The notes beneath the pieces were generated by a model, which did no database searches, was not told where the DNA came from, and saw only the letters and a program-made list of their open reading frames with translations. A stretch of DNA of 64,000 nt from Lama glama (Eukaryota), in NCBI GenBank assembly GCA_028534125.1, contig CM052817.1, positions 54,500,001 to 54,564,000 of the forward strand, read 5' to 3'. The translations under genes and the position numbers were made by a program. Below, in pieces: positions 49,290 to 61,954 of the stretch (position 1 is the first letter of the stretch; every line of letters begins with the position of its first letter).

Positions 49290-50400
49290 TTTATGTGAAG
49301 ATGCATCCTTGCTTAGTTCCTGAAATCATGTTAATGAATATCAGGAATAGGTTGGTTATTTCAATCCCATTAATGTGGTAAGGTCTAGAAATAATTTTGA
49401 TGATTCTCAGTCAGGATCTGGTATGACTGAAATAAATTTATTGGGTCTACATGTCTTCCATATAGGCCTCATTAGTTGTCTCAATTTTGCCTTCATGTAC
49501 TGGTAAATACTAGTTTTCGCCTGGAGTTAAGGGTTGTCCTGAACAGCTTACCTGGAAAAGAACTCTAACACTTTGATTAGGTTTTGGTATTGCCATATCA
49601 TCAGGAGCTATATCTTGTTCCTGGTATGGTCATTATCTGTTTGGTGTCTTTTGAATGACTGCATAACCTGATCCCTGGTTGCTATTTTAGACCTGATTTC
49701 AAGTCTTGTCTGCTTCTTGGATAGAACCTTGGCTCTGTGTCTCCATTTGCCTGATTGGAGTTCCTCAGATTTTGGTGGCTTTTGAAACAAACTATGGTCT
49801 CTTTGGGCACTCTTCTTTGTATAATGGGCCTTCCTTCAGAGGCCTGCCCTACAGAAATGTAAATTGCTTTAAGTTATCTCTTTTACATGATTCTAGTGTC
49901 TTCATCTTGCCCACTGGCCATGCTTCTTACTCATCATGCTTGCTGTGAGGCCAAGCTCATTCAACATGTAGTTAAAAGAAATTTTCAGTTAATTTCCAGA
50001 GATATACTGTGCTTTAGGAAAAGCATCTGGTCCCACTGGAAGGGATATATGTTTTTGAATCATTCATAGACTGTCAGAATTATCTATCTTAAGAATTCCC
50101 CAGGGCTTAGCAACCTCCCATCATTTGTGTAATGAGATTGCTTAATCATATAAATTCAGGAGAAGAGAAAAAAGATATTTCCTTGGGGAACCTAGTTAAC
50201 AGAACATATCCTTCCCACTGAACTTGTATTTTGGGGGAATGATGGACTTGGTGCCAGTGATCATTCCAGTTTCTGAAAGACTGATGCAAACCTGCATTCA
50301 CCCACTTCCTGAGCAGTTTTTGCTGTTTTGTGCTGTGCAAGATCTCTTGAGAATGAGATGTTTTATGCTCCAGCTCACTCTCCCTTCTACATTTATCAAC
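49290..50400 (-). mobile_element. Probable ancient RTE-clade LINE fossil (L4/RTE-X or MamRTE-like)
   Basis: Minus-strand peptide remnants in the expected order: VSWSIKHL (50378-50355), KTAQEV (50320-50303) and LSETG (50279-50265) resemble the APE endonuclease N-terminus; KFISVI (49439-49422) and SGTKQGCIF (49323-49297) resemble the RT GxxQGCxLSP motif. Frameshifted. Confidence 0.45.
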
Positions 50401-51019
50401 ACATACCTGGAGTATAAGAAAGCAAGCCATGAATACAATTTGTATGACTTTAAAAAATAATATTCTATTAGCATTGCTGTAATGCCATTTTTCTTGAATA
50501 CAAACATAGCAATAGCATTCCTAGTTTATGTCTACCTACTCTTTGACTGACAATCACATGCTTTTACTAAATGATTCCCAATAAGCTTACATAATTGTAC
50601 ATATTCAGATTGAAACAATGCCACTGATAGGACCCCTTACTTGTGAACCCAGTTATATCCTCATGTGCTTGCTATGCACTTTGGCATGCAGCTTCTTACA
50701 ATGTAAGAATTTGTGTGAACTCCACTCCTCTTTTTCCCTCCTTTTTAAAAAACCTGTCTTATTTATTGGCCTAGCATACTTTGAGCTACGTGTGGACCAT
50801 ATTCCCCTTGCCTTTATCACAAGGAACCATTTTCAGATAAACTTCTCTGAACCTACACCTTCTTTTCCTTACTTACTTTTGTGTAACTAGTGGTTCAGCT
50901 GCTGGTCTGTTCCCTTTTCCTTAGGCTCATTTCATAGGGTATTTCAGAAGAAAACCTGGAGGAATATTGTCATTTAGGTGCTGTATGTGTCACTGTCTTC
51001 TAGATTACAAAATACGTTA

Positions 51020-51160
51020 ATTTTATTTACAAGGGAAAAATATTGACCACCAGAGAGCTTAAGTGACCTCTCTAATGCAAGATCACTAGCAAATAATAAA
51101 ATCTGACCTTAAAAAGGGTCTTCTGATTTCAAGTCCAATTGTGTTTCAATGATACTATGC
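51020..51160 (-). mobile_element. MIR SINE fragment
   Basis: atttacaagggaaaaatattgaccaccagagagcttaagtgacct...ggtcttctgatttcaagtcca. Confidence 0.6.
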
Positions 51161-51234
51161 ATTAATCAGTATCATCTCATTGGTTCTTTTATTGGTAGGA
51201 AGGTAAAAACATGAATTTATATGCACTCATTGAC

Positions 51235-51326
51235 TTTTTAGGTTTATTTATTTTTAATGAAGGTACTGAGGATTGAATCTCATGCATGCTAGGCGAGCAC
51301 TCTAACACTGAGCTGTATCCTTCCCC
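51235..51326 (-). mobile_element. Camelid tRNA-derived SINE, internally deleted
   Basis: ttaggtttatttatttttaatgaaggtactgaggattgaatc...tgcatgctaggcgagcactctaacactgagctgtatccttcccc. Confidence 0.85.
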
Positions 51327-52688
51327 AAGGTAGTCATTTTGTGTAGATGGACTCACTGAAGGATGGTAGCAGGACCTCAAACTGTAACCCAGAACTGTCT
51401 TCATTCCATTATAATTCATCTTTACTGAGGTCTTGATCTAATTATACTGTCATCACTCTGTTAAAGTATAGTTAGGGTGCATTTTATGAAGTTTAGGCGG
51501 AGAAAATGAGGAAGTAATTATTTGACATAAGAGTATCACAGATTTCTTTGTTGACTCATAATTTGAAAATTAAACCATTCTAGAAAAGAGCAAGAACCAC
51601 TTTCCTGTGAAGTAAAGGGGATCGACTGGGGGAAAATATCTTTACATATAAATCTAGGACTTGAAAATCCAGGTAATGGTTTGAATTTTATATTTCTATT
51701 TTTTAATTTAATTTTTAAATAATGAAGAACTATTGGAAAGATTTAAAAGTTATGACCTATTTATTTATCTGTTTGATTATGGCACAAGTATATAGATCTA
51801 AAGGTTCAGCCAGCACTAGAATTTCAGAAGAGTTGGTTTAGCTGAATATGTATTTTTTGATTGAAAAAACCTTTCCATGCAAAATTGATTCTAAATATAA
51901 ATGCATACTCTTTATTAAACCAAAATATCTATGGGACCGAGCTATGGGCTGGGCTTAGTTCTAGACAGATTTCAGCCTTTGATCTTCTTGAGTGTAGTAG
52001 GCTGCTAGTGGCCCAAGTTAAAATAAAATAAACATAATATTATTACCACTGGTAATTATTAGTATTGAAATTGCTTTCATCTTCAGATTGAAAACTTTGG
52101 AGAAATAATTGAATCTTCCTATTCTTTAGACTTGATATCAAATTTGACATGCATCACCTTAATATTAATATATAAAGAAATTGCTTTCTTAATTTCTGAA
52201 ATTGCTATGAAACTTACTGTTTTCTCATAGTGACCTTTAAGTTAATTTATTCTTTAATCACTTTAACCTGGATCACAGCAATATCTGACTCATCTTCCTG
52301 CTTCCAGTCTCTCTTCTTCAGACTTACCATATTGTTGTCAGCTTAATCAGGCTAACATATCACTTTCTTCATGTCACTCAATTAAAATGATCAATAATTT
52401 ATATTGACTTTAGGTATCTATAAAAAACCAGGTGGTGATGTAGGTGGTAATATTGAAAACTAGGCTGTGAAGTTCAAGAGAGAGAGAGCTAGCAAATAGA
52501 TAATTGAGGGTTATAGATGGAAGAAGAAAATCAATATTAAAGAGATTGGTGTAAGAATATATACTAGCAAATTAAACTGAGGACTGGTTCTAGAACCATG
52601 GCTTGCAGAATGTTCACCATGACTTGCAATGAGAAATACATTTTATATTTTGCCCAGTTATACAAAAAAATGCACAGTAGCCCATCTA

Positions 52689-52726
52689 TACACACGCACA
52701 CACACACACACGCACGCATGCACACG
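52689..52726. repeat. (CA)n-type microsatellite
   Basis: acacacgcacacacacacacacgcacgcatgcacac. Confidence 0.85.
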
Positions 52727-53149
52727 CCTACCCCTGAAACAAATATGTCAACAAACAATATTTATTATAATTAGTGATGATATGTCTGCTTTCAAGTCAA
52801 TTCTATTTTATTTTACGAGAAAAACAAATTTGTGGTGGTGGTCCATTAAGTGAGACCACTAGTGAGTTTGGATCTGCAGTTTGAAAAATACTTCTACAGA
52901 GGAAAGTAGCTTCAAGTGTATGTTGTTAAGACTGAGAGGAAAGAGTTTCAAGGAGTGATTAATCAAGGGAGTCAAAGGCAACAGAGAGATTAAGACCTCA
53001 GTTAGATTTAGTAATCATAACATGATAAATGGTAATTGAGGCGTGCCTGTTGCAGTGCTGATTCCAGTGATGAGGAGTGGGATGAAACCAGACTGCTAAG
53101 GGGTGATCAAGTGAAAAAGTTGTATCTCTAAAAGAGAAATTTAAAATGC

Positions 53150-53295
53150 ACATGGATATTGTTCACCCCTACTTTACAAGTAAGGAGGTGGGTTCACAGA
53201 GGGTAAGACATTTACCCTTACTTGCCCAAACAGTGGTAACAGAACCAGCATTCAGACCTGACCAGATCATACTCTGCAGCTTGTTTTTTTCATCT
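53150..53295 (-). mobile_element. MIR SINE fragment
   Basis: actttacaagtaaggaggtgggttcacagagggtaag...agaaccagcattcagacc. Confidence 0.55.
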
Positions 53296-53439
53296 TGTCA
53301 CATCTGAAGAAGCCCAGGGTGGGACTGATGCTCTGCACTCATATCTTGTCCTCCATTAGGCTTTCTTTGTTCATCCAGCTGCATCCTTTTAAGCATCTAT
53401 TGAAGAATACTTTTTATACTTATTAGGCACTTTTCAAAT

Positions 53440-53636
53440 AATGCCTTTTACTATAATTATTTTACATGTCTTATCTGTCCCACTAGGTTTCAAGTTTCAT
53501 TTCAGCAGGAATAATGTCCTATGCTTATTTTGTTGGTGATTGTGACCAGGGACTGGATACGGTGTGTTCTATTACTTAGAGCACTTAGCATGCTACTTTA
53601 TATTTAGAAAACATTCAATAAACATTTGTTGAATAA
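53440..53636 (+). mobile_element. L2 3' end
   Basis: tttacatgtcttatctgtcccactagg...gcacttagcatg...cattcaataaacatttgttgaat. Confidence 0.7.
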
Positions 53637-54498
53637 GGACAAACACTAGATGCTGCCTAGTCTTTGAAAATACTGTTGCTTTATGAATCAAGATGGAAAG
53701 GTTATTTCATAATTAGGATGATTGGCCACATGCTATGAGTAATAAATAATACTAAACTCTTCACTATCCTATTTTTTCAAAAACTTTATAGACAGGTAGT
53801 GTCTGAAAAATTTTTTCAAGGCAGCATAATATTTGTTTTTCCTCTTTTCTTTCTGAAACTACCTCTAGCTCAACTTTGCTAAGTTAGAAGTGGTGGTTTT
53901 TGCTTTTAATGAGCCAAACGATATCCTATTGCCCTGCTTTTGTACCTTCATCATTCTTTTCCACCAGATTGGAGAGAATCTAAGACGCAAACAACTCAAA
54001 AAATGTCTCATGTAAATATCCTGACAATTACAGCAATTTTTCATTTTTTGTGTGTGAAAAATCTAGTGGTAATTGGATATACTAAACCTGCATCTTAAAT
54101 TTTTTTTTTAGTGTTGTGTTTTATTTTGGTTGGTGTTTTTTATAGGAGTTGCAAAATTTATAGACTAAATATACAACTTAAAACTTAAAGTTCCAAATTA
54201 ATTTCTCTGCCATTAAAACATTTCTTGTTTTATGAATTTTGCAAGCTAGCTCTATTAAGCCAAGTCAAGCTTAGCATCTTTTCTTAAATAAAAATCCAGT
54301 GCATCTTTTATATTTTCAACCCTGTTCCTAAGAAATTGCTTTTTATTTTAATATGAGAAGACAACTATTGAAGACAGTGCTTCCCTTTAGCAGCAGCATC
54401 CGTGGAGTGAGGACGCTATTTGGCTCTAAAACAATTCTTTCTTAGGAATTTTGTATCCTATTGATATTAAGGTTTTTCTCATCTTTGAATGAAAAGAG

Positions 54499-55491
54499 CT
54501 TTTCTCAATTCTCAGACCACAGGGCGCTATCATAACCACAGGGTTCCTATCATAAACTAATGGGAAGCTTTCACAATGTCCAGAGCTGTTGATTTTTTGC
54601 AAATGAAGGAGGAGGATGCCCTCAAATTCCTGGCATCAGGAGCGTACTTAGGTGGCACCAACCTTGACTTCCAAATGGCAATGGTACATCTACAAAAGGA
54701 GAATTGGCTTCTATATCATAAATCTGAAGAGAAACTGGAAAAGCTTGTGACATTGTTGTCGGAAGCCCAGCTGATGTCACCGTCATATTTTCCAGAGACA
54801 CTGGCCAGTGAGCTGCTGAAGTTTGCTGCTGCCACTGGAGCCACCCCTATTGCTGACCACTTCATTCCCAGAACCTTCACTAACCAGATCCAGGCAGCCT
54901 TCCTGGAGGAGGTTACTGATCCCAGGACTAACCACCAGTCTCTCACAGAGGCTGCCTTATGTTAACCTGCCCTTACCATTGTTCCCTGTAACACAGACTC
55001 TCCTCTGTATTCTGTAGATGTCGCCATCCCACACAGCAATAAGGGAGCTCACTCAGGGCGTCTGAGGTGGTAGACGCTGGCCTGCAGGTTCTGTGACCGT
55101 GTGGCAGTACCTTGAGGGAAAGCTCCAGGAGGCTATGCCCCATCTCTACTGCAGAGACTCCGAAGAGACTGAAAAGGAAGAGCAGGCTCTGATGAGAGGC
55201 TGTGAGCAAGGAGGAATTTTAGGGTAAATGGACTATTCCAGCTCCAAAACTTATTGCTACTACCCAAGGTTGCAGGCTGGTCTGAAGGTGAAGGTGCCCT
55301 CTGTGCCTGTCCAGCAGTTCCCTACTGAAGACCGGGGCCTCATCCCGCCACTGAGGACTGGTCCCCAACCCTGCTGCACAGGCCACTGAACAGGTAGGAA
55401 CAACCACTAGGTGGTCTTAAGCTGCCCTTCCACAGACTCTTAAACAGAAAGTAGAAATAAGGTTGACAGAAATAAAGTTTCTTAAAATAAA
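54499..55491 (+). pseudogene. RPSA: Processed pseudogene of 40S ribosomal protein SA (uS2 / 37-67 kDa laminin receptor)
   Basis: Intronless. ATG at 54576 gives MSRAVDFLQMKEEDALKFLASGAYLGGTNLDFQM, later LKFAAATGATPIADHFIPRTFTNQIQAAF. Ancestral stop (tggtcttaa) at 55418-55420, 3' UTR with AATAAA at 55471-55476, A-rich tail, and flanking repeat gaaaagag (54491-54498, 55492-55499). Multiple frameshifts and deletions. Confidence 0.97.
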
Positions 55492-56109
55492 GAAAAGAGA
55501 AAGGCCACTTATTAGTGCCTTCTCTATGCTGTTTACAATGCTAGGTACTTTACGTTAAATGTACCTTTAAAATTTAATTTTTTTCAGTAATTGACACATT
55601 TATCTATTACAGAAAATTCTTCAACTATAAAGTGTACTTAGTGAAAAATGTCTTCTTTTATCCCAATCTGCCAGCTCCTCTTTTGTTTTCTTAGAGTCAA
55701 AGCTTTTTTCTTTTTTTATGCATGCTTTTGGGAATATTCTATTTAAGTGTTAAATGTGAAATTGGGTCTTTTTCACTATAAAGTTTTTATCCTTTACATA
55801 AAATGATGACTCTCAAAAATATTATTTTATATATCAAATTTGTTTTAGATAGTTTAGCATCAAAACTGAGGAGGTAAAAAATGGGTCAATGTGGTTATCT
55901 CTCAGTCAAATTTTTGTTTCTTGGGATTGCAAGTTGTTAAACTCGTACACATTATGGAAAGTGCATAAGCTTTGGTGTGCTGTATGGGCCGAGCTTGGGA
56001 AGCTAGCCTTTGGCCCATTAGTTGTGAGACTCTAGGGACGTTGTTTGAATTCTTGGAACTTCAATTTGCTTTTCTGTAATTTGATTGCACAGTATTACAG
56101 CCTGCAGGG

Positions 56110-56335
56110 TAGAAGGATTATCTCTGGGTCAAGCATCCCAGAACATGAATCTTGGCTTCATCAAATTTTTTGCCACTGGGAAAATTACTTAACCTTTCTA
56201 TGCGTTGCATTCTTTATCCATAATATGGGAATATTTGTACCTACCTTATAGAGTTATGGAAAATACATGAGAAAATACATATGCTGTGCTGGCTTGTGGT
56301 ATCAGCTACTTTTAGATAATTGTTATTTATTGTGT
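56110..56335 (+). mobile_element. MIR SINE (a second MIR fragment lies near 55950-56100)
   Basis: tgaatcttggctt...ctgggaaaattacttaacctttctatgcgttgcattctttatccataatatgggaata...gtacctaccttatagagtt. Confidence 0.75.
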
Positions 56336-57134
56336 TGATTAAATTTGATAATACTTGAAAAGTACTTGATACATAGTTAATAGTCAATAAAATTCCCTCT
56401 TTTTCCTGTAAATCTCTAGTGAGTTGCTTTATAAGTAAGTGCTCTGTAATTTTATATTGGGGATTAATACAGATAACATTTATATTTTCGGTATGTGATA
56501 TTAAAATAACAGGAAATCAATTTAATAAAATGTTTAGAGTTAACATTCCTTTTCTATTCACTGTTTCATGAGAAAGGTAGCCATGATGCCATTAGAATTT
56601 AATAGTTATTATAGTTTGCTCTATGGCTATAAAGTATTTGTCTTATTGTACATGTGTGGGGAGGAGTGGGGTACGGAGAATATTTCCTTATGTAGATTAT
56701 GGAAGGGGGTGTATTAAATAGTCAGAGTTTATGTGGAAGGGTGACGAATGAACTACCTTAGTGGCAGCCCTTAGGGGAAGACATGGTTTGTTTAGAGAAA
56801 ACCCTTGGCAAGTCACTGGCTGGGGAGAAGGGAGCCAAAATTCGAGGCTTGTAAAACTCAGTAGAAGAAAAGGTCCCAAACTACTCTGCAGTGGAATTTG
56901 AGAAATGAACAGCGGGATAGATTCTGAAATTTCAGCTGAAGGAAAAGTAAAGAAAATTTTTTGAAAAAAATTTGTTTTTATGTTTTTTTTCCCTATGGCA
57001 TGAATTTCCTGTCTTCAGTATAATCTTATGCACACAAATAATTTGGTGGAAATATGGGACAATGATTAAATTCCACTTGGGTTTATCTATGCTCTATAAA
57101 CGGGGACATACAAGAGAAATGAAGAAGTGGTTCT

Positions 57135-57330
57135 TTTTTATTGAAATATAGTTGATTTACAGTATTGTGTTAGTTTCAGGTGTACAGCAAATGATTTACT
57201 TGTATATATATATTCAGATTATTTTCCATTATAGATTATGGATTATTATACGATATTGAAAATAGTTCCCTGTGTTATATACAGTAAACCTTGCTGCTTA
57301 TGTATTTTGTGTATAGTAGTTTGTATTCTG
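57135..57330 (-). mobile_element. Artiodactyl-type L1 3' end
   Basis: ttttattgaaatatagttgatttacagtattgtgttagtttcaggtgtacagcaaatgatt...attgaaaatagttccctgtgttatatacagta. Confidence 0.9.
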
Positions 57331-57548
57331 TAGAAATGTTTTCTATACTGAATTATTTCAACAAGCAGAGATGGAGCTGACCTTGAGAACCACGCCTAGT
57401 CTTGCAGTCCATTCAAGTTTGGGGGAAGAATTGATTCTTATAAACAGTGGACTGGGGATTTGCTTTTGTTATCTTGATTTTAGAGGCAAGGAGATTCTAG
57501 CTGTTATCTGGGTTATACTTAGTGAGAAAAATATTTCTAAGTGAATAC

Positions 57549-58079
57549 AATATTAGTTTGTTAATAAAATAATAAAACTGCCACAACAAATACCTCACAT
57601 TTAGTGGCTTAAAACAATACAAATAAATTATCTTACAGCCCCATAGCTCAGAAGTCTGACGTGGGTCTCTAGGTACTAAGGGATTGGCAAGGCTGTGGTC
57701 CTTTCTGGAGGTTCCAGGGGAGAATCTGTTTCATTGTCTTTTTCAGCTTCTAGAGTTCCCCCACATTCCTTGTCTCATGTCTCCCTGTCAACACTTTTAA
57801 AGCCAGAATTAATGGGCAAAGTCCTTTTTGCATCTCAGCTCTCTGACCTCTTTTCATAGTCTTATCTCCCTGTCTTAGTCATAGTGAGGAAAGGTTCTCA
57901 GCATTTAAGGACTCATGTAATCTTATGGGGCCACTCGGATATCCTGGATGATCGTCCATCTTGAGGTCCTTGATCTTAGTCACCTCTGCAAAGTCTCTTT
58001 TGCCATGTAAGGTAACATTTCATATATTTCAGGGATGAAAATGGAAACATATAGTGGGAGCAATATTCTGCCTACAGCA
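57549..58079 (-). mobile_element. MaLR solo LTR (MLT1D-like)
   Basis: ttagtggcttaaaacaatacaaat...ctttctggaggttccaggggagaatctgtttc...cttctagag...tttaaggactcatgtaa...ctgcaaagtctcttttgccatgtaaggtaacatt...tattctgcctacagca. Confidence 0.9.
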
Positions 58080-59129
58080 TATATGAAAGCTGAAATACCA
58101 GAGAATGAGTGTGTTATATATTCAATATTGATTAATTTAAGGACTTTAGCATTTAGTTAAGTAATACTTTAAAACATTAAATATGAAAAAAAATGACTAT
58201 TACTCTGTCAATAATGATAACTTAACAGCAAACCTATTATAATCCATTTTCCCAGCTATCAGGAAATGCTGCACTTCCCACTGTAGCAAATGTGTTGTAT
58301 GTGATGCACTTTCACTGTAGAGAAACACCAAAACTTTTTGGGGGGTTTCCTTGTTTATGGAGCTGGCACTGAGATGTACTCCATGCAGTGAATTCAAACT
58401 TTGTGCACTGTTTCCCATTGTGATACTTCTATGAATAGCGATTAGGTGCTGAAATACTATTAATATTACACTTCTACTAAGTTCTAGATAAATACACTTA
58501 CATGGGCTAGCTTGCCTAGAGGCATAATATTACTTTATTCCCGGAGAAAATGTGCCTTTTCTCCATAACTGTGTTATAAATAAGCACAAGCTCCTTTTCA
58601 GTTAACAACAGCCTGAATGTATAATCCCTGTTTTTGCATATAAAGTTATACATGCACAATAGAGGAGGCAGTGTAGGATATTGGGAATAGCCCTTGATTG
58701 GGAGACAAATGTCCCAAATTCAAGCTCTACTACTGAGTAGCTGCAGGAGGAAATTGGACCAGATGATCCCCAGGCTCTTCTATTTGGGGCATTCTGTGCT
58801 TCTATTTCACTTACTTACTGGCAGAAATCAGAGGAAGCTATTAACTCTACCCTGTGGTGAAAGTCTTAGGCTTCATGAAGAGCTACTGTTGCAGACTGGT
58901 CAGCCTTCATGGTGACTGTTAGGCTGCAGTTCCTCAGTAGATCACCTGTCTTCTATCTCTTACACTTAAACATCTCCACCATGATCTCTGAGCATCAGGA
59001 CCTTCAAGCACATCTTAGTCTGAAACATATTTTTTTCTTTAACTGGAACTTAGACTCTTGATAGCTTTGGAAAACATGGGCATTAAGAGTTGAATAATTA
59101 AGGGTCAATGAAGGAATTGAACTATCATG

Positions 59130-61430
59130 TCATTTTACAGATAGTTTTTGAACATCTGTGTGCCAGGCATTATTTTAGATAGACAGTATGGTAGACACAA
59201 CTTCTGCCCTAGTGGACTATACATACTAGTGGAGTGGGAAATTAAAAAAAAAAACCATAAAAGTAAGTAAAACTTATAGTATATAAGAAGACAGTGAGTT
59301 CTAGGAGATGACAACAAAAAATCAGCAGGATGAGGGAAATAGGATTTGGGGTGAAATCACAACTTAAAATAGAGGATCAGATCAGGCTTCATAGGAACGG
59401 TGAATTCTGAGCAAAGACTTGAAAAACATGAAGGAAGTAGCATATAGATATCTTCAGGGAAATTGTTCCAGGCAGAGGGAATAGCCGTTGCAAGGGCCTA
59501 AGATGGTGATCTCTAGAAAGAACTTGGAGGCTGGTGTGTCTGAAGTAGAGTGAGGAAATTGGAGAATAAAAGGAGACATGGTCTTAGCGTTGTCTTGGCC
59601 ATATTGTGTAGAGGTTATTCTCCGTTGTTAAGAGTTTGGATTTACCCCAAATGAAATGGTGACTTACTCAATTTTCCTGAACAGAGGAAAGGCAAGATTT
59701 GATTTTCTTGTTATTATGCTTATTCTGGCTGCTGTGTTGAGAATAGACTGTCTGAGGCAAAGGAGAAGCAGAGAGAGCAATTAGGAAGCTTCTGCAGTAA
59801 TCCATGTAGGAGATGAAGGGGCTCAGTCCAGTATGATAACACTGGGGGTGGTGAAAAGTGGTCAGATTCTTGATATATTTTGAAGATAGAGCCACTAGGA
59901 TTTCCTGACTGATGTGCTGTTGTGTAATAGAGAAAGAAATCCAGGATGACTGTGAATTTTGTGGCCAAAGCAACCCAAACATTCAGATCAGAGAGACTGG
60001 AGTTCAGTTTTGAAAAAGTTAAGTTTAAGATGCCAACTAGGTAGTTAGAAATAGGAGTTGGAATTCAGACTTATTTCAGGCCTGGAGATAAATATTTTGG
60101 AATAATTGGCAAACAGTGGATACTTAAAGCCACAAGACTTGATGTAGATCACCAAAAAGAGAGAGAAAGAAGACCAAGGACTGAATCCTGGAGCATGCCA
60201 ATGTCAAGAGGGTAGGCACATAAGGAAAGGTTAATAAAAAGACCAGAAGGAGCAATTAGTGGTACCAAAGAAAAACCTAAACAGTGTGATATTCTGGAAA
60301 ATGGGAAAAAAATATAGTATATCAAGAAAGGCGCTAACAATTTTTTTCAAATTTATTTGATACAATAACTAACATCAGGACTTAGAACAGACCAGTGGGT
60401 GAGCAATTTAGAGGTGTAGTGGCCAGTGTAACCTTGTCTTACCACTGTGACCTCAGTAAGAGTCATTTCAGTGGAAGGGGTAAGTGGTTTATGAGAGAAT
60501 CAGATAACCAGAATTAGAGACCATGAATGTCACAACACTTCCAGGGAATTTTGATGCCAAGGAGAGTACCAAAATAGTGGTTGAAATTGGGTGAAGATAA
60601 TGTTTTTTTGAAGGGGAAAAATAATAGCATGTTTGTGTGTGGATAGGAAGGATATAATTGAAAGAAAAACTTGATAATTTTGGAAAGAGAGGTGAGAATT
60701 GCTAAAATGGTGTGTTCCAGCATGTGAGAGGAAAATGAGCTGGGGCACAAGTGGAAGGTTGACTTAATTTAGGGGCCCAGAGAGTGGATCTGGAGCCGTG
60801 CTGTGCAGTAGAAAGAGAATATGAGCCATCCATGTAATTTACTTTTTTCTAGGTATCACATTTAAATTAACAGATGAATTAATTTTATAATATATTTGTT
60901 CAGTATACTCAAAATAGTATCATTTCAACATGTAATAACATGAATATTAATGAGCAATTTTACAATCTTTATTTTGTGCCTGATCTTCAAAATCCTGTAC
61001 TAGATCTGCAAAGTCTTTTATGTCTACAGAACATCTGAATTTGGTCATGAAATTTTCATCAGAAATACTTAATTGGTATTTAGTTTTCTGGAAAAAGAAC
61101 TGTTCAGAAAGTGGATTTATATACACAGGTATTCCAAACATGTTTAGTATTTGCCAGTGGCTGAACTGAGTATTCAGCTTAAAATTTAAATTTGTAGTAA
61201 GTTAAATGAAATAAGATCACCCATTTGGTTTCTCTGTCATACTAGCCATATTCAAGTGCTCAGTGGTTACACGTTGCTAGTGGCTGTAATATTAGACAGA
61301 CAGCTCTGGACTCTCAGGCAGGATAGCAGAGGATGTTGAAACAGATGCTGGTAGGTAGGTAGATGTGGTGGGGCAGGTGTTGGGAATTCTCTTTTGAACA
61401 TATTGGTTTTCTGGTTAAGTGCCAAGCAGC
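59130..61430 (-). mobile_element. Long L2 (L2a-like) fragment, interrupted by a Charlie element
   Basis: tgtgccaggcattatttta, tctgagcaaagacttgaa, ttccaggcagagggaatagc, tctggctgctgtgttgagaatagactg, aaaagtggtcagattcttgatatattttgaagatagagcc, ggagttcagttttgaa. Confidence 0.85.
60796..61303. mobile_element. hAT-Charlie non-autonomous element (Charlie1b/MER33-like)
   Basis: Ends ccgtgctgtgcagtaga ... ctagccatattcaagtgctcagtgg...gctagtggctgtaatattagacagacag. 8-bp TSD-like atctggag (60788-60795) / ctctggac (61304-61311) resembles the Charlie nTCTAGAn target. Confidence 0.8.
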
Positions 61431-61954
61431 ATCACGGGCTTAGAATAACTGTATTAGTCTGACCACATCAGGAAATGGAGTCAAACTCAGTTGGTTCAAG
61501 AGTCTTACTAATTGTCTGGAAGGGCTAATCACAAAGAGACTAAGACCAGCAGAAAGCTGTCTGACTCCTGGGCCTAAAGGAGAAAGGGAAGAAAGCAGTG
61601 GTAAGAGGAGGAGCTGCCCTTCTGAAGCTGTAGATTTGGGAGGAGGCAGCGGCTGGCAGAACACAGTCCACAGCAGGCAGGGAGCACAGGCTTCTTTCTT
61701 TTGCCCTTTGATATCCTACCCCAAACTCCCACTTTAAACTCTGGGAAGCCAGGCAGCAGGCTTCCTAGATGATGCATTTAGAAGGGTTAATTCCTGGAGG
61801 CCAGAGGAGCAGAGAAGGGTAGAGCACCAGAGGTGGGAGCAAATGGAGACAGAAGCAGTTTTGGGGAGGAGGTATAGGTTTCAGGAGAAAGAAGTTGTGA
61901 AATAGTCATCTAGGAAAATGAGAGAGTGAATGAACTAGGACTTTTCTCCTCTCC

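Noticed and set aside
54576..54965. Functional RPSA CDS
   Set aside because: Intronless, frameshifted after DFQM, with internal deletions and a premature stop.
61450..61800. Possible ERVL-type LTR between L2 fragments
   Set aside because: Starts tgtattagtc like many LTR ends, but I could not identify a family or the other terminus.
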